Positions 12,857 through 25,324 of a stretch of 64,000 nucleotides of DNA are shown here, piece after piece. Position 1 is the first letter of the stretch. Each line of letters opens with the position of its first letter. Under the pieces are notes generated by a model. That model had not been told where the DNA came from. It saw only the letters and a program-made list of their open reading frames with translations, and made no database searches. Both the position numbers and the translations under genes were made by a program. Source of the stretch: Azolla caroliniana (taxonomy: Eukaryota > Plantae > Polypodiophyta); the NCBI GenBank assembly GCA_043228905.1, contig JBHGNT010000012.1:8990001-9054000 (forward strand), written 5' to 3'.

Positions 12857-13174
12857 CTGTCGCTCTCTGTACAGTAGTTATACACATACAACAATATGTC
12901 AATCACAAAAATTACAACTCTCTCTAAAGTGATTGCCCTAAGTCATATTTATACTTATATGAACTTAGGGCTATTTACAACTATAGCCTCAATAGGCTTG
13001 CTCAAGACATATTTACGAATATGTCTCTCTTCCAGTTCTCACTAGGTCTCCTCCGGTTTCTAGATCTCTTCCGGTTCTCACCAGGTCTCCTCAGATTTCC
13101 GGATCTCTTCCAGTTCTCACCGGGTCCTCTTCATTCATCACCGGGTCCCATCTAGAGACACTGATTTCCCGACA
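12545..13174 (-). repeat. 5' LTR (630 bp) of copia 8632-13174, with expanded (CT)n
   Basis: Direct repeat of 8632-9237. Confidence 0.95.
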
Positions 13175-13491
13175 GAGCTGACCAGAAGGTGAAGGTTAGG
13201 ACCAGGACGTGGCGAAACATGGTCAAAGGTCCTGGAAGAACACGAATCAGAGATAGTCGACTTAGTCAAATGGACAAGAAGGCAACCGAAGTCAATGTGA
13301 AAGCGGGAGAGCCGATGGATCAAAGGGTGCCAAAGTAATAGAGGCAAGAAGAAGGCCAACGAAGCCCTTGGCACCAAACAAGCCGACCGAGCAGGTCGAG
13401 AAGCGTTGGACTCGACAGGTCGAGGAGCGCGAGTTAGGAGGGTGGACCAAGTGGAGGTGACGGAGAACGTCAAGTTGAGCTTGAGGGGGAG

Positions 13492-13656
13492 TGTTGAACG
13501 AGCAACCTCAACTTGGGCCGAATTGACTGAAGTTGCCTAGAGACAGATCGAATGAAGACCGATCGGCGGGGAGCTTGTAGGCCTTTAGGACCGATATTCC
13601 TCGTAGGCATATTTTTGGGAGTCAGTGTCAGGGGCTCATTTAATGAGCACTCAAGT
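13492..13656 (+). repeat. Bryco/RLC5-like 3' LTR, first part (continues 20655-~20840)
   Basis: Follows PPT; starts tgttga; shares taggcatatttttgggagt with the LTR at 45583. Confidence 0.8.
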
Positions 13657-14111
13657 TGTTACGGGCATGACCATTTAATATCCCGTGTTGAGAATTTACC
13701 GTAGTATTCTATACACGTGGATAAGTGTGAGGGTTAAACGAGAATGTAAAGAAGGGGAGGATTACTTTTAATCCTCGGGATTGAGACAACCCATTAGGTC
13801 AAGTGTGAACTTGCTTGGGGGCCTTGGGTATCGCTATAAATAAGAGGCCTAGCTACCCTCATTTGATCATCTTTTGACTACATCGAGACTCTGCTCTTGT
13901 GGTGGGTCAACTCTTGTAGCGAGCGCGCCAACACCAGGTACGACTCGACGCCACGACGGTGGTATGGGACGCCGATTGAGGCTCGAGTCCGTCTCCATCC
14001 CTTCGCTCGGGGGTGGTCGGGTGGATCGACACCCTTCTTTCTCTTTCTCCTTTCTATCTATCATTTGTTTATCCTTATCTTAAGCTTACTTTAGTACTTA
14101 GATCTCTAATA
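13657..14111 (+). repeat. 5' LTR (TG...TA)
   Basis: Direct repeat of 20195-20649; TATAAATA at ~13835. Confidence 0.95.
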
Positions 14112-14354
14112 TTTGGTATCAAATTTATGTACTAATGTTTCTTTGTTTTTCATTTGTCGTTTGATTGATGGTGATCAATCGATGTGCGGTCGGCCTTGAT
14201 CCAGACAACGATCAACAAAGAACTTCGGTAACTCTTTCCAGAATTTTTTTTCTATTCTCTCTTCTCCCATCTAATCATGTGTTTAGTTTATATGTCATTT
14301 TTTTCATTAAGTCAATGATGTTGTAGTGGTCTTTAATTAATTATCTAAAACGTT

Positions 14355-14615
14355 TACATATGTGCACGAGGTCAATACCTCGTTTGACATATTAATAATA
14401 TGTGATGAGTGTCGTATGCGTACGAGGTTAATACCTCAATTACGTATTACATTCACGAACATATGTTACGTTTGCGTATGAGTTTAATACCTTGATTTGT
14501 TGTAAACGATATGCGGTTGGTCTCGTATGCGTAAGAGGTCAATACCTCAGTTGCGTATTACGATGATCTCTTATTTGTGGATGTTTCGTGTGTGTAGAGG
14601 TATATACCTCGATTA
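14355..14615 (+). repeat. Five degenerate ~56-bp units, each with a GAGGT-N4-ACCTC hairpin core
   Basis: Cores start at 14368, 14424, 14480, 14535 and 14597; homologous array at ~61160-61412. Confidence 0.8.
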
Positions 14616-15801
14616 CATATCTCGATCACATCATTTGTGGCTATTTAATATAACGATATGTTTAATATAGGCATATGTGGTCACATATATACGTATTTGA
14701 TCGTATATATGTGATAAGTAAACATATGTGTATATTCGTTATTACGTGATTATATCGAAAGTTGTCCTTGTCGGGAAAAGGATGTTGGTGGCCGTCCTCA
14801 CATTTTTGTGAGAATGGCGTTGTCACCATCCCTTTTTCAACAATTTTTTATTGTTGATAACCCCGTTGATGACCTCGATTTCGTTATGTAAAGAAATGCC
14901 AATAGCCATAATGATGTTGAGTACGTAGGGCTTGACCCACTTCAAGTGAGGTCGCTCCAATGATGCACGTATCCAACATCCCTCCCTCGTTACATGGATA
15001 TGATGCCACCATGAGCTCGTTCTTACGAGAGACATTCGTAATGACGTGACCATGTGATGGCCCACGTGAGCCTACTACAAAACGAGGGCTCATTTGGCTT
15101 GACCATTAGGTTGCACTTTGGCGTATGCCATCGTAATTACGAGACTTGAGGTTAGGTAACGTACCAACATAGTTTTGGTAAATGAGGGCGAAATAAGGAC
15201 CCTTGACATATATGTTCTTTTAAAAAAAAACATATATGATCAATTGCCTCGCATATCTCTTATACGCATAAAACATTAAGCACTCGAGAAGAGCAACTTA
15301 CTTGGTTGGCTCAAGTTTTTAATGTATTTGTTCTCGAGGTCTCGAGTTCAAATATGACCAAGACCATACAACATCCTTGATACATATGACTATAACATAT
15401 GTTTAGACTTAAGGTCTAAGTGCACCTCGGGGTCCTCGTAATAGAACTTAAAGAGCCGAAACCACATATGTGGGCACCAAAACATAGTTTATTGTTAACA
15501 TTTTTTTTCGTGTATAAACTATTCATGACGCGAACATACATGGTTGAGCCTCGGGGAGCCACCATGAAAAGATCAATATAGAGATCAGGGAAAGACATTA
15601 ATTTGTCACCCCCATGGTTTTTAAAACACCTTTGTGTTACCATAGTAACTTGATCTTGAACCTCATCTCATACGTCTAGAGGGGTATTGACGTGAGATCA
15701 TGATATCAATTAATGTTTGCCCATGATATGTTTACATCACGACATGATGTTATGACTATCTCTCTGACCTTATCCTATTTCTTTTCCAGAAATAATCTTT
15801 A

Positions 15802-18800
15802 ATGGCTCAAATTAACGACCCGATGTCATCCGCTCAAGCGGAAGGAACTCAAGGGAATCCTCTTGGACAAATGTCCACTGAGATGTATTTGGCACAAATA
15901 ACCCAATACCTTAGTTTCACCGCTCAACAGATGACCGAACTTCGGCAATCTCAGAGTGCTCTTGAGGCACGTGTCATTAGTCTACAACGTGAGACTAATA
16001 GACCTGATGAGCAACAAGGTGAACCATCATTTGTCGTTAAGCCATTTACGGAGAGACAAAAAGGAAAGAACCGAAGAAGCAATCTGCACATGGCTGGGAC
16101 GATGGGAGTCTCATTTTGAGCTCTATCCCACGCTAGATAGTACGAAGATTGCATATGTTGGCCAAGAACTCGGGGGTAAGGCCGCCGCCTGGTGGCGTCG
16201 GGTCCGTACTATGGGGAAATTGCCCGATACCTGGACAGATTTTGTCACAGTTTTTATGGGCCAATTTCTGCAACCTCCCTCTCGAACCGAGGCAGCACAA
16301 GCTTTAATGAACCTCTCTAGCAGGAAATTTTCCTCTCTAGAAGACTATGTTCACCATGCTAGAACCCAAATCCAAAAATTGGGTCTAGAAGGGGACAATT
16401 GGTTGATAGCTTGTTTTGTCAATGGCATCCCCAATTCGGACTATCACTGGATAGTGCACGATAAGGATCCAAAATACTTCGAAGAGGCCGTTGAAATAGT
16501 TCTTCGCTATCAACGCATTTCAAAGAAGGACCACAACAAACCCAACGAAGCGCCCGGGACTAAGCAGTCGCAATTTGTTGGGAAACGCAAGACACCCAAC
16601 GAATTCCTGGATCGCGATTGTAAGCGACAACATCCTTTTTGTGTATTCTGCAAAAAGAAGGGTCATACAAAAGATCAATGTCAAAAGCTCCAACGGAAAG
16701 AGCACGACAACAAAGCTAAAGCTGCAGACCATAAAGGTCAGATTCCTAATGTCCTTCAGGTCTATACACATCATTTAAGTAATTTTCAATGTTCTTTCCC
16801 TCACTATGTATTGGGTCCCAATGATTTACTATGTGCAAACAGGTATATCAATGGATCTCCCGTACAATTTTTATTTGATTCGGGAAGCTCACACAATTTT
16901 GTGAATGATCGTTTGGTTCAGATATGGGGAATCCAACCCACCGTAAGTGATCACACCTACACGGTGCACTTGGCTGATGGAAGAGTACAATACATCAACG
17001 GGGCGATTCATTCATTAGGAATTTCTATTGATACTTATATAGAGGAAGTAGACTTCCATGTAATGAATCTTTGTACCACCGATGTAATACTGGGTTATCC
17101 CTAGTTTTATAATAAAAACTCTTCTTTATTTATTGATTCGGTTCGCCATTCCATTTCTTTTGTACTGAACGATTGTACGCATTTTATTCAATGTGTAAAA
17201 AAACAATCCCTCTCGATTGTTACCTCGTGTCCATCAATATCCGAGTTGTCTTGTTCTACGTTATTTTATTGTGTACTTGATCCAGACATTCACGTTTACA
17301 ATATCGATAATGTCCCGGTTCAATTAACATATTTTGAACAACAACAACTTGATGAAATCTTAAATGATTTTCATGACGTTTTTCCAAGTGAACTACCTGA
17401 TGGGTTACCTCCTAAACGTAATATAGACCATCGTATAGATATTGTACCTGGTGTTGCACCAATAAGTATACCTCCGTATCGCTTAAGTCGATCCGAAGAA
17501 GATGAGGTATCTAAGCAACCCAAGGACTATTTACGAATGGGTTATATACGGTATAGTAAATCTCCATGGGGTGCACCAGTTCTCTTGGTAAAAAAGAAAG
17601 AGGGCACATGGCGTATGTGTATTAATTACCGACGCTTGAATAAAGTGACGATCAAGAATTCGTACCCATTGCCCCAGGCTGACGATCTAATTGACCGTCT
17701 CCAAGGAACTCGGTATTTTACGAAACTTGATCTCCGTACTGGCTACCATCAAATACAAATAAGTGAGGACGATGTTCCTAAAACGGCATTTCGTACGCGT
17801 TATGGCCATTACGAGTTTTTGGTTATGCCTTTTGGTTTGGCCAATGCTCCGGCTACTTTTCAACAAGAAATGAATGACATTTTCCGAGAACAACTTGGAA
17901 AATTTGTTGTTATTTTCTTGGATGATATTTTAGTTTATAGCCGTACATTACAAGAACATGCTAGACATGTCCGCTTTGTTTTACAAACATTGCGTGACAA
18001 ACAGTTTTATGCAAAGATCTCAAAATGTGAGTTCTTCAAGAAATCAATTACTTATCTTGGACATCTCATAACCGAACGAGGAGTTGAAATTGATCCTTCT
18101 CGCATTGAGAAAATCAAGCTTTGGCCCACTCTTCGGAATATTTGAGAAGTTCGATCATTCCTTGGTGTTGTCGGGTTTTTGCGAAAGTCTCTTCGTAATT
18201 ACTCCCAATTGACAACACCGTTTACTGATCTTTTAAAAGGTCAAACGCGTAAGTCTACAAAACCTATTGTGTGGAATGCTACACTAGACCTCGCCTTTAA
18301 GGAACTCAAGGACCTGGTTTGCAAGGCTCCTTCACTTCTTTTACCTGATCCTTCAAAACCTTTTGGGGTTGAAACCGATGCAAGCGATTATGCTATAGGT
18401 GTTGTCTTGTATCAAGATGGTAAACCAATAGCATTCGAGAGTAAGAAACTTGATTCTGCTCAATGTCGGTATACCGTTCAAGAAAAGGAATTATTTGCAG
18501 TTATACATGCGCTCAAAACATGGCGCCATTATCTTTATGGAAATCACTTTGTGGTAACTACGAACCACGAGTCCTTGAAATATTTTTGTGACCAACAAGA
18601 CCTGAAAGGTCGTAAGGCACAATGGGCTGATCTCATCCAGGACTTTGGTTTTTCCATACGATATCGTAAAGGTTCCATTAACACTGTCGTTGATGCACTA
18701 AGTCGCATCTGTGAAGTTAACATGCTTAGCTTCACTGAAATAACATCAGATCTTTATGATCACCTTCGAGGAAAGTATACTGATGACAGTTATTTTGCAA

Positions 18801-20208
18801 AACACTGGGCAAGAGTTGAGTCTAGAACAAACACCACCACATCCTCGAAGGAATACTTCCACATTGCTAACAGTTTGCTCTACCGTAATGGGAAGGTTTG
18901 TGTTCCAGATTTACCCGAGGTCAAAAAGAGGATTCTTTTTTAATGCCATGATGCACCCTCAGCAGGGCACCCTGGAATACATCGTACACTCGTTCTCATC
19001 TCCACTCAATTTTATTGGCCTAAGATGTGTCCTGACATACATAGCTATGTGACTAAATGTCACCAGTGTCAGCTTAACAAAGCCGAGCGACTTAAAGCCA
19101 CAAGACTTTTACATCCCTTGGACATTCCCAATAATAAGTGGGAAAGCATATCCATGGATTTTATTGTTAGCCTTCCTCGCACCCAAAAAGGCCATGATGC
19201 CATCTGGGTTGTGGTTGATCGACTAACTAAAATGGCCAGATTTATTGCTACTAAAACCACGGTAACAGCTCCTGAATTGGCTTACCAATTCGTTGATGAA
19301 TTATTTCGTTTTTATGGGTTACCGATGGATATCGTGAGTGATCGAGATCCAAAGTTTACTAGTGACTTCTGGACGCAAGTCTTTAAGAAGTTAGAAACTA
19401 CGTTGAGCATGAGCTCCACGGATCATCCTCAATCCGATGGACAGACATGCTTCGAGCATACGTTGGTGCAAAACCAACAAAATGGGAACGTTATCTCCCA
19501 ATTTTGGAGTTTGCTTATAACAGCTCCAAGCATACGTCGACGGGATATAGTCCTTTTATGTTGATGTATGGTTTTCAGCCACGAGCCCCAATTGATGTTA
19601 ATATACATCTTGATGAGTTGCAAAGTACGCAAAACTTTCTTCGGGATATGCAAGATATGTTGCATATTGCACGAGATAATATAAAAACATCTCAAGATAG
19701 AGCGCGTTTTTATATCAATCATCATAGGCAACCTCGTGTATTCAACCCTGGACAGAAGGTATTTTTACGTGTACCTCATAATTCTAAGACATTGTCTACG
19801 GGTAAGTGCGCTAAGTTAGCCCCACGGTTTTGTGGACCTTTTACAGTCCTCAAACACATTGGGTCATCAGCCTATCGTCTTGCTCTTCTCGATGGTGTCG
19901 GAATTCATCCAGTCTTTCATGTGAGTCGTCTAAAAGAACTTCTAGGTTCTGGCGACAATACAGTTACAACTGAAACTCTGGTTACTTCTGAAGAATTATC
20001 TTCTAAACCACATGTACCAGAAAGAATTCTCGATGTTAAAACAAAAAATTTACGTACTAAAGAAATCCGAGAATTTAAAATAAAATGGATGGATAAATCA
20101 ATAAAAGATGCCACATGGGAACGCAAAAATACTCTTAGAACTAACTTCCCTAACTTTCCATTGCAAGAGTGCAATGTTTTAAAGAGGGGGAGTATGTTAC
20201 GGGCATGA
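15802..20208 (+). pseudogene. gag-pol: gag-pol (gag, CCHC, PR, RT, RH, IN, chromodomain) with frameshifts and stops
   Basis: [34 protein letters not shown]...FLDDIL, ETDASDYAIG, ISMDFI...VSDRDPKF, GPF, ERILD...FKIKW...ATWE. Confidence 0.95.
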
Positions 20209-20649
20209 CCATTTAATATCCCGTGGTGAGAATTTACTGTAGTATTCTATACACGTGGATAAGTGTGAGGGTTAAATGAGAGTGTAAAGAAGGGAAGGAT
20301 TACTTTTAATCCTCGGGATTGAGACAACCCATTAGGTCAAGTGTGAACTTGCCTGGGGGCCTTGGGTATCGCTATAAATAAGAGGCCTAGCTACCCTCAT
20401 TTGATCATCTTTTGACTACATCGAGACTCTGCTCTTGTGGTGGGTCAACTCTTGTAGCGAGCGCGCCAGCACCAGGTACGACTCGATGCCACGACGGTGG
20501 TATGGGACGCCGATTGAGGCTCGAGTCCGTCTCGATCCCTTCGCTCGGGGGTGGTCGGGTGGATCGGCACCCTTCTTTCTTTTTCTCCTTTCTATCTATC
20601 ATTTGTTTATCCTTATCTTAAGCTTACTTTAGTACTTAGATCTCTAATA
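20195..20649 (+). repeat. 3' LTR (TG...TA)
   Basis: Direct repeat of 13657-14111. Confidence 0.95.
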
Positions 20650-23044
20650 CAAGTACACGTCAATACTTGTTAGCCCATTGTTAGGGCTTCTATTTAAAGT
20701 GCTCTCTAAGCACATTCGTATGTACAAAGTGTTATTATTTTGAATACAAGTTTTTTGTTGTTTGCTCTAACTCTATATCTCTCTCTCTCACTGTGTATCT
20801 CCATTCTATGTGTTTACCTAACTATTATGAGTTACTTGGTAATGCTCGTGTGCAAAGATGTACGGTTGCCAATGGAGTATGACAACGAGAAACCAGACAA
20901 GATCAATGCATCAATTGGGGAAATCATGCATCTAAAGACAATTGCATACATATGGTGTTTTATAGACATGAGTCCATACAACAACTTCAATGAAGAGACA
21001 AAAGTCAATGTCCTTTGGAAGAAGATCAAGTTCATGTTCAAGAACAAGAATGTGGTAAACAGAGTCCATCTTCAGGAAGATAGTGAGACTAAGACATCAG
21101 GATGGTTGAGCACCTGAACGCCTTCCAAGGACTCATAAATCAGACCACCTGTCTAGAAGTACCTCTGGCCAACAAGGTATTGGCATTGTTGCTTCTAGGA
21201 TCCTTTCCGGACAGCTGAGAGACGCTCGTGGTGACCCTAGGTAATGGACGGACCACAAGGGAAGCAATTGTCCCTGGAGATGGTGAAGTTGAGCTTGTTG
21301 AATGAAGAAGCTCGCCGAAAGGATAGAGATGGAGGATAGAGAGTCCATCTCTTATCATAAGGCCCTAGTCATAGAAGGTGACTCCAGTAGAGGAGGAAGA
21401 GGAGTCCATAGAACAAGGACAAGTCCTGACTGAGGTCAAAGTCAAAGGGAAAGCACACGTGCTTCTACTGTAGGAAGCCCGGACACTTCCAGAAGAACTA
21501 TCGGCATTACCAGAAGGGCAAAGGGGGAGTTGATGGTGTTGAACTGAAAAAGATTTCAGACAGCAAGACCACCTCAGCCATCACCGTGAGTGAGAAGGAG
21601 CTATTGTTCATCAGTGAACAGAACGAAGTAAATCTCATCGGTGAAGAATCATCATGGGTGGTCGATTTCAGCGCGTCATTTCATCTGACCCCTGACAAAG
21701 AGAGTTTCTCATCCTACACGGCCGAAGATTAACGTGAAGATGGGAAATGATGGTGCAGGCAAGATTGTCGGAATCGGAAATGTATGTTTACTTACCTCAA
21801 GAGGCTGCAAAAGGATATTAAAAGATGTGCACCATGTTCCAGATATCAAATTGAATCTGATATTGGCGGACGGCTCTATGGCGAAGGTTACAATGGTAAC
21901 TTCCGAAATGACACGTGGAAATTCTGCAAAGGAAGCTTCATGGTGGATCAAGGTTACAAGCAAAATACATTATATGTGATGGATGCACAATTGTGCCGAA
22001 ACGAGGTAAATGTTGTTGCCGACATAGCCAGCGAGCTGTGGCATAAGAGACTATGCCACATGAGTCAAAAGGGCATGCAGATGCTAGTCGAAAGAGAACT
22101 CTTGCTAGAGGTGAAGAATGTGCATCTAGACAATTGTGTCGACTACTTGGCCGCCAAACAGAACATGGTCACCTTTCTCCCTAGGCCTTCGATGAGGAGG
22201 AAGATCGCTCTATAACTTATGTAGACAGATGTATGCTACATTGATGTGACGTCACATGTCGGTGCACAATATTATACATGACCTTCATAGATGACTATAC
22301 CCGGAAGTTGTGGGCCTCCGTGCTGAAGAAAAAGGACCAGGTGTTGTCCATCAAAGGACTAGGTGTTGCTCTTCTTCAAAGAGTTCTTGTCAAGAGCAAA
22401 AAGGGAGTCTGGACGAAAGCTTAAGGTTGTCTGAATAAACAATGGAGGGGAGTACAAAGGGAAGTTTAAAGAATATCGTCGGTCATAAGGTATCCAGACG
22501 GAATATATAGTGTCGAAGACTTTGCAATTAAACGGAATGGCCGAAAGGATGATCTGGATCGTAATGGAAAGGTTTTATGTATGTTCATGCATGCTAAGTT
22601 GCAGAAATCCATTTGGGTTGAGGTGTTGATGATGTTGTATACATAATAAATAGGTCTCCCTCGGTTCCCTTAGGTGGTGATATCCCATAGAGTGTATGGA
22701 CGGGCAAGGTTGTGCAATACAAGCATTTGAGGGTGTTCGGTTGCCTATCATATGTGCATGTGTCCAAGGATCAGAGAGGAAAATGGGATCCTAAGAGTCG
22801 GCCATGTATTTCTTGGGGTACGGTGAAGATGAATTTTACTACCGATTGTAGGACCTGATTGAGAAGAACGTCATCAAGAGTCGGGACATATTCTTCATGG
22901 AAGAAAAGACTATTGCCGATTGGGAGACGGAGAACACAGGATCATCCTCCTAGCCGACTGGAAGAGAACAATCAGATGAGATACGCACCCAATCAGTCGG
23001 AAGCCAGATGTTAATTGAAGAACGAAACGGACCAGCCAGATATG

Positions 23045-23142
23045 GACAAGGAGTTGGATCGACCGAAAGGCATCTAGAGGCCGGATCCCGACAAGGAGTT
23101 GGATCGGCCGGAAGGCAGTCAGAAGCCGGATCTAGACAAGGA
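23045..23142 (+). repeat. About 2.2 x 45-bp in-frame tandem repeat in the IN-RT linker
   Basis: GQGVGSTERHLEAGS / RQGVGSAGRQSEAGS / RQG. Confidence 0.85.
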
Positions 23143-24859
23143 TACAAATCAGATTCAAATGAGGAACCGACAAAAGAGAATGATTCTGAGCTGACTGATG
23201 AGAACCAAGGCATGAGAAAGCCCCTGAGAAACAGAAGGCGGCCTCATAGATTTCCAGAAAAAGGGTATGTTCTCTTAACCGATGGGGGGTGCCGAAAAGC
23301 TTTGAGGAAGCTAGGAGAGATGCCCACAACACAAAGTGGTTGCATGCCATGCAAGATGAGATGGATTCCTTTCATGAAAACCACACGTATGAATTGATTG
23401 AGTTGCCAAAAGGTAAGAAGGCACTCTAGAATAAGTGGGTCTACGAATTGAAGCTGGGAGAAGGTGGAAATCCACCCATATTCAAATCCCACATTGTGGT
23501 GAAGGGTTTCCAGAAGAAAAAAGGTGTAGATTTTGACGAAATATTTTCCACAATAGTGAAAATGCCATCCATACAGATGGTGTTGAGCATTGTAGCTAGC
23601 ATGGCCTTAGAAGTTGAACAGCTTGATGTCAAAACAACTTTTCTGCATGGAGATTTGGAGGAAGAAATCTACATGCATTAGCGGAAGAATTCATAAAGGA
23701 AGGAAAGGAAAATCTAGTATGTCGGTTGAGGAAGAGCATGTATGGGCTGAAGCAACCACCCTTGCAATGGAACTAGTAATTCAAATCCTTCATGGTAGAA
23801 CACAAGTTCAACAAGACACAAGCCGACCACTGTGTCTTTGTGTAGAAATATGATGGAGGAAATTTTCTCATCCTCCTATTGTATGTTGATGACATGTTGA
23901 TTGTTAGACGAGACCTGAAGAAAATTGCAAGCTTGAAAAAGTCCTTGAGAAGATTCTTGAAACAGTTGAAGGCTATGGGTCCGGCAAAGAAGATTTTGGG
24001 AATGCACATTGTCCGGGATAGGACAAAGAAGTTGGTGTGGCTGTCACAAGAAAAATATGTGACAAAGGTGCTCCAAAGATTCAACATGCGCAATGCGAAG
24101 CCGGTCGTTTGACATTGCCGACAAACAGCAAGCTAAGTGGATGCCAATGTCCAAAGACGAAATTTGAGAAAGCTAACATAAACAAGATTCACTATGCCTC
24201 AGCAGTCAGAAGCATGATGTATGCAGTGGTTTGCACCCAAGCCGTACATTGCATATGTTGTCGGAGTAATCAATCGATTTATGAGTAATCTTGGCAAGGA
24301 ACTATGGGCGACAATTAAGTGGATACTTCGATACCTGAGAGGCACCTTAGATATGGTTCAGGTAACCCCATGCCAGAAGGGTTCATGGACTCCAACATAT
24401 CGGTTGATATTGACACCAGCCGGACCATGTCCAGATATGTGATGACTTATACAAGGGGAGTCGTTGCTTGACAGTCAAGGTTGCAAAAGGTTGTGGCTCT
24501 GTCAACCGCAGAAGCGGAGTATATGGGTGTCGTTGAAGCCGGTAAGGAAATGGTATGGATGAAAGATTTCATCAATGAGTTAGGGATGAGGTAGGAACAA
24601 TTCCGATTGCACTATGACAATCAAATTGTCATCCATCTTGCTAAGAATGTCTCCTACCACTCGAGAACTAAACATATCCAACAGAGATACCATTGGCTTA
24701 GAGAGATGGTAGAAGGAAGGGATTTCTCCCTAGTAAAGATCCATATGGATGACAATGGATCTAACATGCTAACCAAGGTGCTGCCTACAAACAAGTTGAA
24801 TGCATGTTAGCACCGAGTAGGTCTATTGAATTACTCCATCCTGGAGTGAAGGGGGAGTT

Positions 24860-25318
24860 TGTTGGGAAATTTGGTCCCTCCGAATGGGATGAACCAAAGA
24901 GCCGAATCGGATGAAGGCCGCCAAAGAGCCAAAGGCCGATTTGGCCATAGCCGATTAGAGGCTACAATTGTAAATAGCCCATACCATGTATAAGTATAAA
25001 TACACCTAGGGCAATCATTATGTATCCATGGTGGACATAGTGTTATCATCAGTGTTGTAATCACTGTGTAATCTAAGTGTGTGAGTGAGTGTGTGTATCC
25101 GTCTACAAGACGAAGATGAGCTCAAGGTCATTGCCTTAGAGTCTCTTGTATTCTCATCCATATAGTGATTCTCTTTGGAGTTTGTGGGCTCCCGCAGTTT
25201 TCACATTCAAGGTTTCCACGTTAAATCTTGTGTGTGTGTCTTTATTGTTGTTTCATTTCTTTTCTTTCTCATATAGTTTGCTAACTGGTTTTGGTCGGTC
25301 TCTCTCCCATTCCCTACA
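24860..25318 (+). repeat. 3' LTR of copia 20840-25318
   Basis: tgttggg...ccctaca; resembles the LTRs of 8632-13174 (tgttgggaaat start, gtttccacgt motif). Confidence 0.85.
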
Positions 25319-25324
25319 ATTAGT

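Larger units (their letters stand above)
8632..13174 (-). mobile_element. Ty1/copia element with both LTRs, internally deleted (non-autonomous)
   Basis: Two TG...CA LTRs, exact 5-bp TSD GAGCT (8627-8631, 13175-13179), Met-i PBS, PPT, gag-PR-IN-RT-RH order. Confidence 0.95.
13657..20649 (+). mobile_element. Full-length Ty3/gypsy chromovirus, degraded, with a long 5' leader
   Basis: Two 455-bp LTRs (about 11 substitutions counted by eye), TSD CAAGT (13652-13656, 20650-20654), PBS tggtatcaaa at 14114, PPT aaagagggggag at 20181-20192, C-terminal chromodomain. Confidence 0.96.
8039..20840 (+). mobile_element. 3' fragment of a Bryco/RLC5-like copia that hosts two nested insertions (8632-13174 and 13657-20649)
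   Basis: RNase H, then 3' spacer split by TSD GAGCT, PPT ttgagggggag at 13481-13491, then an LTR starting TG at 13492, split by TSD CAAGT and resuming at 20655; LTR similar to 45583-46062 and 56184-56594. Confidence 0.8.
20840..25318 (+). mobile_element. Ty1/copia element related to 8632-13174; 5' LTR and PBS lost; heavily degraded
   Basis: gag-PR-IN-RT (YVDD at ~23882)-RH fragments, PPT at 24848-24857, 3' LTR at 24860-25318. Confidence 0.9.

Noticed and set aside
14355-14615. CRISPR array interpretation of the hairpin repeats
   Set aside because: Repeats are degenerate, linkers are mutually related, there are no cas genes, and the context is a eukaryotic retroelement leader
16003-16012. 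CTGATGAG hammerhead core
   Set aside because: Lies in gag coding sequence, has no evident stem II/GAAA partner, and reads ccgatgag in the second copy
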